Origin: Candidatus Peregrinibacteria bacterium
GTDB taxonomy: Bacteria; Patescibacteriota; Gracilibacteria; UBA1369
Length of the DNA: 64,000 nucleotides
Reading direction: 5' to 3'
Assembly: GCA_003153355.1 (NCBI GenBank)
Contig: PLYH01000003.1
Location: forward strand, 38,325-102,324
Shown: in pieces, positions 1 to 9,592 of the stretch
Numbering within the stretch: position 1 is the first letter of the stretch
Layout of the letters: each line of letters begins with the position of its first letter
Notes under the pieces: generated by a model
The model's input: only the letters and a program-made list of their open reading frames with translations
The model's database searches: none
Told to the model about the DNA's origin: nothing
Translations under genes and position numbers: made by a program

Positions 1-144
1 TCACCCTTAAATACGAAAGAAATTCGGATACACTTCTGGCCATGAAAGACGGAAAAACCACAGCGTTTTAAAGTGCGTTGTATTTTAACGCTCTTTATTT
101 TATAATTCCTCTGATCTCCTTTTATTTTTTTATTTTTCTTTCAC

Positions 145-441
145 ATGAAAAGCAAAATGCTTATCGCAGGAGTGGCAGCTATGTCTGTCATCGCTCTTTT
201 CGGTTGCCAACAACAGCAACCAGCACCGTCAACCACAACAACAGGAAACCAGCCACAGACGGAAACATCTTCAGCTTCGTTAACAATCTCCGCTCCGACA
301 CAGGAGTCAAGCGCAGCAAGTTTGAGCATTACGGCTCCAAGTCAGCAAACAGGAGCTATGCTCCAGGGAAATATGCTTCAAATTGCGGGCAAAAAAGCGG
401 CGATTGATAATACAACCGCTAAAAAAGCTGCTGGTAATTAA
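145..441 (+). CDS. small lipoprotein (98 aa) with S/T/Q-rich mature region
   Basis: Signal peptide ending in lipobox (VIALFG|C). Internal imperfect repeat SSASLTISAPTQE / SSAASLSITAPSQQ. Overlapping ORFs 78..407(+), 141..329(-) and 307..699(-) show no comparable signals. Confidence 0.55.
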   Translation: MKSKMLIAGVAAMSVIALFGCQQQQPAPSTTTTGNQPQTETSSASLTISAPTQESSAASLSITAPSQQTGAMLQGNMLQIAGKKAAIDNTTAKKAAGN

Positions 442-471
442 TACTACTTCGGCTACAGCTATTAAATAAAT

Positions 472-723
472 ATGAATAAAACACTCGTGAACAAAATAGG
501 ATTTGTTTTGATCATGGGCCTGATGCTGGCAGGTTGCCAGGCTGAAAATTCGAATAACACGAACGTTCAGCCGGCAGCCTCCACTCAGGAGGTTCATAAT
601 GTCCCAAACACTCCTTACATCAAAGGACCAAGCAGTCCGCCGAGCGTAAAAGGCCCTAATCAGCCTTTGCCAACAGAAGGCGGAAGTGTGACGATGCAAA
701 GCGGTGCAATGACGTCAAAGTAA
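472..723 (+). CDS. small lipoprotein (83 aa)
   Basis: MNKTLVNKIGFVLIMGLMLAG|C lipobox. The N-terminus is clearly paralogous to the next gene. The mature part is P/S/N-rich. Confidence 0.6.
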   Translation: MNKTLVNKIGFVLIMGLMLAGCQAENSNNTNVQPAASTQEVHNVPNTPYIKGPSSPPSVKGPNQPLPTEGGSVTMQSGAMTSK

Positions 724-734
724 TATTTTAAATC

Positions 735-959
735 ATGAATCGATCTTTACTGAATAAAATAGGATTGGTGTTCTTGATGAGTCTCATTTTGACGGGTTGT
801 CAGACTCAACAAAATACTCAGGGGCAGCCTGCGGATCAAAATGTCAACAATATTTCAAACTCCCCTTCGGGCTCCGATGGTGGAATTCCGTCATTGACTC
901 AACAAGATCAGCCTCAGGCAATCACGGAAACCGAGCAGCAAAAGTTTACTTTGAACTAG
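735..959 (+). CDS. small lipoprotein (74 aa)
   Basis: MNRSLLNKIGLVFLMSLILTG|C lipobox. Paralog of 472..723. The mature part is Q/N/S-rich. Confidence 0.6.
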   Translation: MNRSLLNKIGLVFLMSLILTGCQTQQNTQGQPADQNVNNISNSPSGSDGGIPSLTQQDQPQAITETEQQKFTLN

Positions 960-1005
960 CAAAAGTTTTTGATAGACTCTATCCAACTTCTTGAGTCTTT
1001 TCTTT

Positions 1006-2202
1006 ATGGACGTCTACCAACAATCGCTGGAACTTCATGAAAAAAATCATGGAAAGCTGGCGGTCCAGTCCAAAGTTCCTTTGGCGAACCGTGAGGATTT
1101 GAGTTTAGCGTATACGCCCGGCGTCGCGGAACCATGCCGTAAAATCGCCCAAAATCCTGATGATGTTTATAAATATACGATGAAATCCAATACCGTGGCG
1201 GTGATTACCGACGGCTCAGCAGTCTTGGGATTGGGAAACATCGGAGCTGCAGCCGGTCTGCCGGTGATGGAAGGAAAATGTCTTTTGTTTAAACAGTTCG
1301 GAGGCGTTGATGCTTTCCCGATCTGCATCAAGACGCAGGACGTTGATGAGATCGTGAATATCGTAAAAAATATCGCTGTCGGGTTCGGAGGGATTAATCT
1401 TGAGGATATTTCTGCCCCGCGCTGTTTTGAAATTGAAGAACGATTAAAAAAAGAACTGGATATTCCGGTGTTTCATGATGATCAGCACGGCACCGCGATC
1501 GTGGTGCTGGCGGGCGTCATTAATGCGATTAAACTGGCCGGGAAAAAACTGAGCGACATGAAGATCGTGATGTCGGGAAGCGGAGCCGCGGGCATTGCCA
1601 CCGCAAAACTGTTATTGAATTACGGAGCAAAGAATTTGATTTTGTGCGACCGCACTGGCGCGATCTATAAAACGCGCGGCGATCTGGACGGCCCCGCCAG
1701 CTCGGCGATGGCACGTCACCTTAGTTCCGGCCACGCGCCGAAATATCTGATCGCAATCATGTCCAATCCGAATGAAGAAAAAGGACCACTCGATGACATC
1801 ATCAAAGGTGCGGATATGTTCATCGGTGTTTCCAGCGGCGGACTTTTGACTGCGGACATGGTCAAAACGATGGCTCCAAAGGCCATTGTTTTTGGCATGG
1901 CCAATCCCACTCCTGAAATCATGCCGGATGTCGCCCACGCCGCGGGCGCGTTCATCGTGGGCACGGGCCGGTCGGATTTCCCAAATCAAATCAATAACGT
2001 TCTGGCTTTCCCCGGAATTTTCCGCGGCGTTCTTGACGTCCGCGCTCCGCAGATTACGGAAGAAATGAAACTTGCCGCGGCAGAAGCTTTGGCGGCGCTT
2101 GTAAAAAATCCCACCGTCGATAAAATTGTTCCCGGAGTTTTTGATCCGGGCGTGGCTGACGCTGTGGCGGAAGCCGTGAAGAAATGCGCGGCAAAAGTTT
2201 AG
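1006..2202 (+). CDS. NAD(P)-dependent malic enzyme, short form without PTA domain
   Basis: Motifs LAYTPGVAEPC, GSAVLGLGNIG, GINLEDISAP, FHDDQHGTAIV and the Rossmann motif SGSGAAGIA. About 400 aa. The ORF opens at TTG 991; the first ATG is at 1006. Confidence 0.9.
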   Translation: MDVYQQSLELHEKNHGKLAVQSKVPLANREDLSLAYTPGVAEPCRKIAQNPDDVYKYTMKSNTVAVITDGSAVLGLGNIGAAAGLPVMEGKCLLFKQFGGVDAFPICIKTQDVDEIVNIVKNIAVGFGGINLEDISAPRCFEIEERLKKELDIPVFHDDQHGTAIVVLAGVINAIKLAGKKLSDMKIVMSGSGAAGIATAKLLLNYGAKNLILCDRTGAIYKTRGDLDGPASSAMARHLSSGHAPKYLIAIMSNPNEEKGPLDDIIKGADMFIGVSSGGLLTADMVKTMAPKAIVFGMANPTPEIMPDVAHAAGAFIVGTGRSDFPNQINNVLAFPGIFRGVLDVRAPQITEEMKLAAAEALAALVKNPTVDKIVPGVFDPGVADAVAEAVKKCAAKV

Positions 2203-5200
2203 GGGTTCGCGAGTGAAGTTTCGATCTTTGCAGACAGCGACCGGATTTCCATCAAGATATCCTGCATATCTTTTGGCAGAAGGGTGGTCTTTGGGCGAAA
2301 CTCGTCCTTTCCGTCAAACGCTAACGCGATTTTATCTTCAAGGTCCGTAAGGAGTCTCTGAATTCCTTCCGCTTCTTCAGGTTTTCTGAACCAAAGATCG
2401 TCCAGGGCGGTGCGGAATCCTTCGATATTCACACGGGCACGGTCTCTATTTTCGAACGACGGATTGGAATAATTAATAAGCAATAATTCTCTCCAATAAT
2501 ATTCCAGTTTTTTTGCCTGACGGACATCATATTCATAGATGAAAAGCTGTTCGCGGGTCCGGTTTTCTCCTGACTGCTGTTCTTTGGTCATACCGCAGGC
2601 CGTGACGAGATTTTCCATCAGGCGCATCAGTTTCTGGAATTTGAAATAGGCCGGCGTAAAACTTGTCTCCTGGCAGCGCTTTATAAACGGATTGCTTTCT
2701 AAAAATGCGGTGAAGTGTGTACTTTCTTTTGGAGTAACCCGGATTTCCAGTTTTATTGCCGGACCGGCTGTATTTTGCGCTCCGCTAATTGTTTCAAGCA
2801 TATTAAGGACGCGCGTATATTGGTTGATGTAGTGCTGTTCCAGTTCCGCCAGTTCATCAGGCGTAAGATTGTTGGCCAGAATTTTCTCTTCGATTTTTTC
2901 AAGTTTCGTCGTTTCTTCAACCCAGTCCAGCGTGACACCACTGTTTTTCAATTTTCCGCTTTGCATCGCCACTCTTGAATCCTTGCTGAACTCTCCGATC
3001 TGTTTTCGCAAAGCATAAAGATCGACTGTCTCGGCCGTGATCTCATCAATATAATTCTTCATGATCGTGTCCATGGTATTGGTCATGCGGACAAGCGTTT
3101 CGTAAGACGCTCCACGGAGAATGGCATGAGAACGGCGCTCGGTGAGACACTTTTCCTGGTACGCGCGGAAATTACTGATATTGCCATGCATGATGATTAA
3201 TTTTTCCTTTAATTCTTCAACTCCCGCATACTTTTCTTCCTTGGATCTGCCGGGATTTGCCATGGCTTCCGCCATAACTTCATTCACGGGCCTGAGTCTT
3301 TCGATAAAATAATGAAGGCGCTTGCGAAGTTCGGCGGCCTGTTCTTCATATTTTTCAAATTCAGGGAGCACGTCCTTTTTGGTGACTTCAGGTTTAAATG
3401 CTTTTACGAGCTGATACACGGTCGTACTGAGATCATCGATCAACAGATTGATGAAGTCATGGATGTCGTAACTCAACGTACCGATCGTTACCTGGGCGAG
3501 ATCCTGGTTTTCTTCGTTAACGGGAATATTGTGAAGATGGGTTGCCCGAAGAGCGGGCCGGGTTTCATTGAGTCCGGCATTCAGCACCATGGCGCTCCCC
3601 CAGTAAGCCTCTTTCAGTTTTTCGTTGGCGAGATCGTCCGGTAATTCAACGGTGACCGGAATCTCGATATCATTTTCAAGAACTTCACTTGTTTTTTCAA
3701 TGACGCTCCTTACGATCCCATGAACGTCCTGAAAGCGGAATGGCGTGCTTTGTTCGTCATAATCAATACCAAGACCTTCGGACCCTTCATTCCTCTCAGG
3801 GAAAAAAGGTTGAGGTACCTGGCTGGTATCAACTTCAACGTTAAAGTCGATGCCCAAGTCGGTATCCCCTTCCATTTCATGCGTTCCGTTCAATGCGTTC
3901 GCATTCGTTTCATTGTCATGTTCAAGTTTGTCGGCAAGAATGTTGAACCTTGTGGAAAGGTCTTCAACTTCCCTCAAAATAAACGGAGCCGGGAAAAGCA
4001 TGCGGTGAGGATAGACGATATGTTTTCCGGTCGGAGTTTGCTGTACCTCGTGCATGCTCCAAACCCATTCCAAATAGGACAAAATGGTGCTGATCTGTTT
4101 TAACAAGCGCTTGTAATCATGCTTCAGATCTTCGTCCTTGATGCTTTCAACCGTTTCAACGAACAACGGATATGACGCTATTCTCCTTTTGCGGACCTGC
4201 ATGTGGTTTTCCAACACCATCAATTTCGGGAAAGTGTCCATGTATTTTTTGGAAAAATCTTTGATGAGCGTGCGTTTATCATCCAGTTCTCCCTGAATGC
4301 GCATCTCTTTTTCATTTTCGGTTTCGTCCACGGGCTTTCTGATATTGCCAAGCTTGAATCCGCCGAATCTTATGAACATCTCTTCAGTGCTTTGAATGAA
4401 TGTTCCAAGTTTTACGATTTCGTCCATATAGTCCAGTCCTTGTCTCTGGCCTTCTTTTTGAAAAGAGACTCTGCGGAAGGGCTCCACGGCCGTTAAGGCA
4501 TCGACGACACCCGACAAATCGGCAAAACTGGCGTTGCCATTTTTTTTGCCGGTTTTTTTTCCTTCATTTATTTTCTGAATACATTTACGGATTTCACTCA
4601 ATGCCTGAATGAATTTCGCTTTTTCTTCATCGCGTAAATCAAGCGCTTTAAAATAGACGCCCAGCAGTTCGCGGGTCTCCTGCGGAGAAGCTCCTCCGAC
4701 GAGGGCGAGGAAGAGATCCTTTGGCAATTGTTCCTTTAAAATTACCATGAAGTTCTGATCGAACGTTTTTTCATCGGGCTTACCCATTCCTACAATGATT
4801 TTCAGTCTGCCCAACTGCCTGACCGCTTTCGTCAGTTGAACCAGCTGAGGCGTTTGCAAACGGCCGAGTTCGCGACCGCGGAACCGTTTCGTCTCTTCGT
4901 AGAGCGCGTCCATGAGCTTGATCAAATTGGAAAAAGACAGGTTGCGATCCTGTTTCACTTCCTCTTCCAGCAGCGCAATCTTATCCATTTTCAAAGCAAT
5001 CGCTTTGACGATCTGGAAAAAATATCCCATGCCTTCGTAGCTTTGAGATTCCTTTGAATTTAATCTGCTGAGCCAATCCTGATAGACCGCCAAGTCAACG
5101 GCATCCATATCAGGTTTGAGCAATGCTCCGATGTCGACTGCGATTTCCGGCGCATTCTGATCATCCTGACTTCTGATTTCTTTTGAATCGTTCATGATTA

Positions 5201-5288
5201 TGGGAATGGTGTAAAATTTTGACGAGTTTTGGAGTAAGGCCAGATATTTTAACATTTTTATTAAATATGTCAATTCTTTTCCTGGCAC
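2199..5288 (-). CDS. large hypothetical protein (ORF 1029 aa; probable ATG start at 5195)
   Basis: Long uninterrupted ORF with no signal peptide or TM segment and charged, helix-like composition. I recognise no family motif. Antisense ORFs inside it are short. Confidence 0.7.
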   Translation of the reverse strand: MPGKELTYLIKMLKYLALLQNSSKFYTIPIIMNDSKEIRSQDDQNAPEIAVDIGALLKPDMDAVDLAVYQDWLSRLNSKESQSYEGMGYFFQIVKAIALKMDKIALLEEEVKQDRNLSFSNLIKLMDALYEETKRFRGRELGRLQTPQLVQLTKAVRQLGRLKIIVGMGKPDEKTFDQNFMVILKEQLPKDLFLALVGGASPQETRELLGVYFKALDLRDEEKAKFIQALSEIRKCIQKINEGKKTGKKNGNASFADLSGVVDALTAVEPFRRVSFQKEGQRQGLDYMDEIVKLGTFIQSTEEMFIRFGGFKLGNIRKPVDETENEKEMRIQGELDDKRTLIKDFSKKYMDTFPKLMVLENHMQVRKRRIASYPLFVETVESIKDEDLKHDYKRLLKQISTILSYLEWVWSMHEVQQTPTGKHIVYPHRMLFPAPFILREVEDLSTRFNILADKLEHDNETNANALNGTHEMEGDTDLGIDFNVEVDTSQVPQPFFPERNEGSEGLGIDYDEQSTPFRFQDVHGIVRSVIEKTSEVLENDIEIPVTVELPDDLANEKLKEAYWGSAMVLNAGLNETRPALRATHLHNIPVNEENQDLAQVTIGTLSYDIHDFINLLIDDLSTTVYQLVKAFKPEVTKKDVLPEFEKYEEQAAELRKRLHYFIERLRPVNEVMAEAMANPGRSKEEKYAGVEELKEKLIIMHGNISNFRAYQEKCLTERRSHAILRGASYETLVRMTNTMDTIMKNYIDEITAETVDLYALRKQIGEFSKDSRVAMQSGKLKNSGVTLDWVEETTKLEKIEEKILANNLTPDELAELEQHYINQYTRVLNMLETISGAQNTAGPAIKLEIRVTPKESTHFTAFLESNPFIKRCQETSFTPAYFKFQKLMRLMENLVTACGMTKEQQSGENRTREQLFIYEYDVRQAKKLEYYWRELLLINYSNPSFENRDRARVNIEGFRTALDDLWFRKPEEAEGIQRLLTDLEDKIALAFDGKDEFRPKTTLLPKDMQDILMEIRSLSAKIETSLANP

Positions 5289-5339
5289 TGTGATGCTTCC
5301 ATGTTAATATAAGCAAGTCTTTTTTCGGGTATTACACTT

Positions 5340-6035
5340 ATGAGTTCCCTGTTTATTGTTGCCCATCGAGGCGGAAAAGGCCCCCATGAAGAAAATACGC
5401 TGGATGCGCTGAAATATGGCTTAAAGCAATGCGGAAATGCCGTCGAAATGGATGTTCGTTTCGATCATCTGCGCAGACGTTTTTACCTGGAGCACGATTT
5501 TCTTCATTCATTGAGGAAAAACGCCAACGTTATTGATAAAGTCGTTCCTTTTTTGCCAACGAAGGCCACGCTTTTTGTTGAGCTTAAAACGCTTTACTGG
5601 CTGCGCAGGCGCTATGCGGTCAGATTTTTGAAAGTGATTGAACAGTTTGCCCTGGATAAGCGTGCGATCATCATGTCATTTAATCCATTTGTGCTGACGC
5701 AGCTCAGGAACCGCGCGCCGTATTTGCATGTAGGCTTTTTGATCAACAGCCGGTTCTGGGGATTCGTGATGAGGCACTGGCTTTATTGGCTTTTTAAGCC
5801 GAATTATTTAATGCTCAACCGTCATTTCTTTAAAAAACCTGCGTTTTTACACTTGATGCTAGATTTTGCCAAAGAACATAACATCAAAGTTCTGACTTTT
5901 ACTGCCAACAGCCCGGAAGATTGGTATAATGCGCTCAAGTATAAAATGGACGGGGTGATTACGGATTATCCAAAAGAAGCTTGTGAAATTTTGACCAAAC
6001 ACACCGGGGTCGCCCAAGGTACTCATACCCGTTAA
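5340..6035 (+). CDS. glycerophosphodiester phosphodiesterase (GDPD) family protein
   Basis: N-terminal IVAHRGG...ENT...A...VEMDVRF pattern typical of the GDPD catalytic core. C-terminal DGVITDYP. Confidence 0.75.
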   Translation: MSSLFIVAHRGGKGPHEENTLDALKYGLKQCGNAVEMDVRFDHLRRRFYLEHDFLHSLRKNANVIDKVVPFLPTKATLFVELKTLYWLRRRYAVRFLKVIEQFALDKRAIIMSFNPFVLTQLRNRAPYLHVGFLINSRFWGFVMRHWLYWLFKPNYLMLNRHFFKKPAFLHLMLDFAKEHNIKVLTFTANSPEDWYNALKYKMDGVITDYPKEACEILTKHTGVAQGTHTR

Positions 6036-6047
6036 CCGATTTGATCT

Positions 6048-6806
6048 ATGTCAGGACATTCCAAATGGCATTCGATTAAGCATAAAAAAGCAGCTACGGA
6101 TGCTAAGAAGGGGAAAATATTTACGAAACATGCCAAACTGGTAGCGATTGCAGCCCGGGGCGGCGGCGATCCGGACGAGAATCCGGCTTTGCGTTTAGCG
6201 ATCGATAATGCGCGCGCGGAAAACATGCCAAGAGAAAACATTGAACGCGCCATTAAAAAAGGCACAGGCGAAGCCAAGGGCGCTGCGGTGATGGAAGAGA
6301 TTTTTTATGAAGGGTTTGGGCCGGGCGGCGCGGCTTTGTACATTGAAACCCTCACCGATAACCGCAACCGGACTTTGACGAACGTGAAGCATGTCTTTAC
6401 CAAGAACGGCGGCAATTTTGGATCCGCGGGCACGGTGGGATATTTGTTTAAGAAAAAGGGAGTGATGAACATTAAGATTTCCGAAGCCGGAAAAAGTGTG
6501 GACGACATTGAACTCGCGGCCATTGATGCCGGCGCGGAAGACGTTATCAGCGATGGTGAAACGATGACGATTTATACCGAACCGACCGCTGTGATGAAAG
6601 CGAAAGCGGCACTTGAGGCTTCAGGCGTAAAAGTGTCATCAGCTTCGCAAACTTATGTCCCGCAAACCAGCGTTCAAATTTCCGATGCCGAAGTCGCGAA
6701 ACAACTGCTGAAACTCATTGAACTCATCGAAGAAGACGAAGACGTTTCCGAAGTGTTCAGCAACTTTGATATTGCCGAGGAGATTCTGGATAAACTTGGA
6801 GACTAA
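6048..6806 (+). CDS. yebC: YebC/PmpR family transcriptional regulator
   Basis: MSGHSKWHSIKHKKAATDAKKGKIFTK...NMPRENIERAIKKGTGE is the canonical YebC N-terminus. Length 252 aa. Confidence 0.92.
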   Translation: MSGHSKWHSIKHKKAATDAKKGKIFTKHAKLVAIAARGGGDPDENPALRLAIDNARAENMPRENIERAIKKGTGEAKGAAVMEEIFYEGFGPGGAALYIETLTDNRNRTLTNVKHVFTKNGGNFGSAGTVGYLFKKKGVMNIKISEAGKSVDDIELAAIDAGAEDVISDGETMTIYTEPTAVMKAKAALEASGVKVSSASQTYVPQTSVQISDAEVAKQLLKLIELIEEDEDVSEVFSNFDIAEEILDKLGD

Positions 6807-8335
6807 TCCTCGAACTTATAGGTGACGCTGTCGTCGAGTTTGAAGATGTCCGCATTCGCGTCTCCGCTTACCGCCTTGCGCATGATGACGTCGGTGAAAC
6901 TTGCATCATTTGTAGCGGTCGCATCGGGGCCCCCGAGACCCGTTGCTCCCTCGCTCCGCTTCGCTTCGCCCTCGCGCCGTGCGCTCGGTGTGGATTTCTG
7001 AACTTCGGTTTTTGGATTCGGTTTTGCGGTATGTTTTTCGGTGACGGTTTTTTCGGGTTTTGGGTCCGTCGTTTTTTCTACCGGTTTGGCGTCGAGCTTG
7101 GGGATGAACATTTTTTCGATCATGGCCTTGGCGTCGATTGGAGTTTGCACGGAGGTTTCCATTGTTTGCTCGTCGTGGTCTTTGGGGAGTCTGGCCTGCT
7201 GGTAGGCGCGGATTTTTTCAATAACCATCTGTTCGATGCCTGCCAGGTCGTCGCTTTTGATTTTGAATCCTGCTGCGCGGACATGGCCTCCGCCGCCGAA
7301 CATTTCGGCGATCATGCTGGCGTCGATTGAAGGGTTCAGGGTGCGGACGCTTCCGCCGATGTAGCCATCGCTGCGGTGTTTTAAAATCAGGACGACTTCC
7401 GTGCCTGGAGCGTTGGTCATGAGTTCATCGATGATGCCGCCGGTTTCATCTTCGCGCGCGCCGGTTTCCTGAAAATCTTTGCGGCTGATAGTGGCCCACA
7501 CGAAATGGTTTTTGTTATCGACCTTGATGTTGCTTAAAATGCGGCCCCACAAACGCAGCATGGAGAGGCGCTTGGTTTTGAAAACGTGCTGGATAATTTC
7601 CTGCTGGCGCGCGCCGTATTTGACCAGATGAGCGGCCGCGGCAAACGAACGGGGCGTGGTGTTGGCGTTCTGAAAACTTCCGGTATCCGTGATGATTCCG
7701 GCAAGAAGCAGTGTGGCAATATCTTCATCCATTAATTTTACGCCGGTCTTATCTTCCATTTCTTCGATGAGCGGCACCAGAATTTCTGTTGTTGCCGAAG
7801 CCATAATATCAACGTAATTGATTTTTCCGAACTGGCCGTTCGACGCGTGATGATCAATGTTGATGACGGGAATCTGCGTGAAAAGTTCGGTGTTGTCTTC
7901 GTAAAATCTTCCGAGCTGTAAAAGGTCGGCTGTATCAACAGTAATGATAAGATCGTACTTGCTCGGGCCGTGGCTGAACGAAACTTCTTCAGCTGAAAAC
8001 TGGCCTTTCTTCGCGGTTATAATGATGTTCACCTTATTCGGTTCGATTTTAGTGCGGATGGTGTCGATCCTGTTTTTTTCGCAGTCCAAAGTAACGATAA
8101 AATCGTTGCCCGGCGCAAATTCATGGTTGATGACGTTCGTGGTCGGAAGAAACTGAAATGAATCGGGAACGGGCTCGGCGCAGACGACCGTTACATTCTT
8201 ATTGAGCTTTTTAAAGGCCAGATAGAGCGCCAAGGAACTGCCGAGTGAATCACCGTCGACCGGCGCGGAAGGCATCAATAAAATATTGTTGCTCCTTTGA
8301 ATAACTTCGATAATTTGTTGGCGGATTTTTTCCAT
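6803..8335 (-). CDS. DHH/DHHA1 phosphoesterase (NrnA-like) with long C-terminal extension
   Basis: DGDSLGS, INIDHHASN (DHH) and GGGGHVRAAG (DHHA1 GGGH) motifs. A roughly 140-aa K/P/T/E-rich tail follows the catalytic core. Confidence 0.8.
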   Translation of the reverse strand: MEKIRQQIIEVIQRSNNILLMPSAPVDGDSLGSSLALYLAFKKLNKNVTVVCAEPVPDSFQFLPTTNVINHEFAPGNDFIVTLDCEKNRIDTIRTKIEPNKVNIIITAKKGQFSAEEVSFSHGPSKYDLIITVDTADLLQLGRFYEDNTELFTQIPVINIDHHASNGQFGKINYVDIMASATTEILVPLIEEMEDKTGVKLMDEDIATLLLAGIITDTGSFQNANTTPRSFAAAAHLVKYGARQQEIIQHVFKTKRLSMLRLWGRILSNIKVDNKNHFVWATISRKDFQETGAREDETGGIIDELMTNAPGTEVVLILKHRSDGYIGGSVRTLNPSIDASMIAEMFGGGGHVRAAGFKIKSDDLAGIEQMVIEKIRAYQQARLPKDHDEQTMETSVQTPIDAKAMIEKMFIPKLDAKPVEKTTDPKPEKTVTEKHTAKPNPKTEVQKSTPSARREGEAKRSEGATGLGGPDATATNDASFTDVIMRKAVSGDANADIFKLDDSVTYKFED

Positions 8336-8551
8336 AAGGTCCCTTATTTGGATTCAGAAATATCTGTAAATTATACGATATTTTTGCCATTTGGTCAATC
8401 TTCTTCGGGCAACGTTCTGCGAAGGCACAACTTTAGCAAAGGGCTCCAAGCGGTGCAAGGAGAAAAGCTTTTGAGAAATTGACGCGGCGGATGTTGCCGG
8501 GGCCAGTTCTTTTGCAGTAAGGTAAAAAAGTGAACATCTAAAATTTCAGCG

Positions 8552-9592
8552 ATGAAGACACCACAAAAAGCGACTTCAAATAATATTCGTAAAGCCGCAA
8601 AAATTCTTGCTGCGGGCGGGTTGGTGGCTTTTCCCACGGAAACGGTTTATGGGCTTGGGGCGAACGCTTTAAACGCGCAGGCAGTGGATAAAATTTTTAA
8701 GGCGAAAGGCAGGCCGTCCGATAATCCTCTGATCGTTCATATTGCAAATCAGCGTGAATTGAAAATGGTCGCGCGCGATGTTCCCGAAGTCGCGCGGAAA
8801 CTGATGAAAAAATTCTGGCCCGGACCTCTGACGTTTGTTCTTCAAAAAACTGCAGCCGTTCCGGATAATGTCACCGCCGGCGGAAAAACCGTTGCCGTGC
8901 GCATGCCGAAAAATAAGATCGCACTGGCTTTGATCAAAGCCGTCGGATGTCCGGTTGCCGCGCCTTCGGCAAATCTCGCGGGCAAACCAAGTCCGACTTC
9001 AGCGGAACATGTGTCTGAAGATTTAGACGGAAAAGTGGATATGATTCTGGACGGCGGAAAAACTTTTCACGGTCTGGAATCTACGGTCATCGATGTCACG
9101 CGCAAAAAAATTGAGATTTTGCGGAGCGGAGCAATTACCGCAGAGATGCTGGCAAAAGTGCTTGGCTACAAGCCGAAAATCGTTACCAACAAAACTGGCG
9201 CAAAAGGCAAAGTCCGTTCGCCGGGAATGAAATACAAACATTACGCGCCGAGTGTTCCGCTTTTTTTGATCGGAATTTCTGATGAAAAAAAAATGGTGCG
9301 CCTGTTGCAAAAAGAGCTGGTCGTTTTGACGAAGAAAAAAATGAGGGTCGGTGTTTTGTGCGTCAAAGAGCATGCGTCATTTTATGCGGCGGCAAAATAT
9401 CCGTCGATGAAAAAAATCGTGACATGCGGTTCGCTCAAAAAACCTAAAAAATTCGCGCAGGAACTTTATAATGCGCTTCGGAAATTCAGCAAAAAAAATG
9501 TCGATCTTATTCTTGCGGAAAACATCGGCAAAGAAGGCATTGCGCACGCCGCTTATGACCGTTTAAGCCGCGCCGCGACAAAAATTCTTTAA
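8552..9592 (+). CDS. tsaC: L-threonylcarbamoyladenylate synthase (Sua5/YwlC type)
   Basis: GGLVAFPTETVYGLGANA and KGRPSDNPLIVH (YrdC domain), plus a roughly 130-aa Sua5 C-terminal domain. Confidence 0.9.
   Translation: MKTPQKATSNNIRKAAKILAAGGLVAFPTETVYGLGANALNAQAVDKIFKAKGRPSDNPLIVHIANQRELKMVARDVPEVARKLMKKFWPGPLTFVLQKTAAVPDNVTAGGKTVAVRMPKNKIALALIKAVGCPVAAPSANLAGKPSPTSAEHVSEDLDGKVDMILDGGKTFHGLESTVIDVTRKKIEILRSGAITAEMLAKVLGYKPKIVTNKTGAKGKVRSPGMKYKHYAPSVPLFLIGISDEKKMVRLLQKELVVLTKKKMRVGVLCVKEHASFYAAAKYPSMKKIVTCGSLKKPKKFAQELYNALRKFSKKNVDLILAENIGKEGIAHAAYDRLSRAATKIL

Noticed and set aside
78-699. ORFs 78..407(+), 141..329(-) and 307..699(-) overlapping the small lipoprotein genes.
   Set aside because: The lipobox-bearing frames give three consistent, non-overlapping paralogous genes. 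The alternatives have no signal peptides and would overlap each other.
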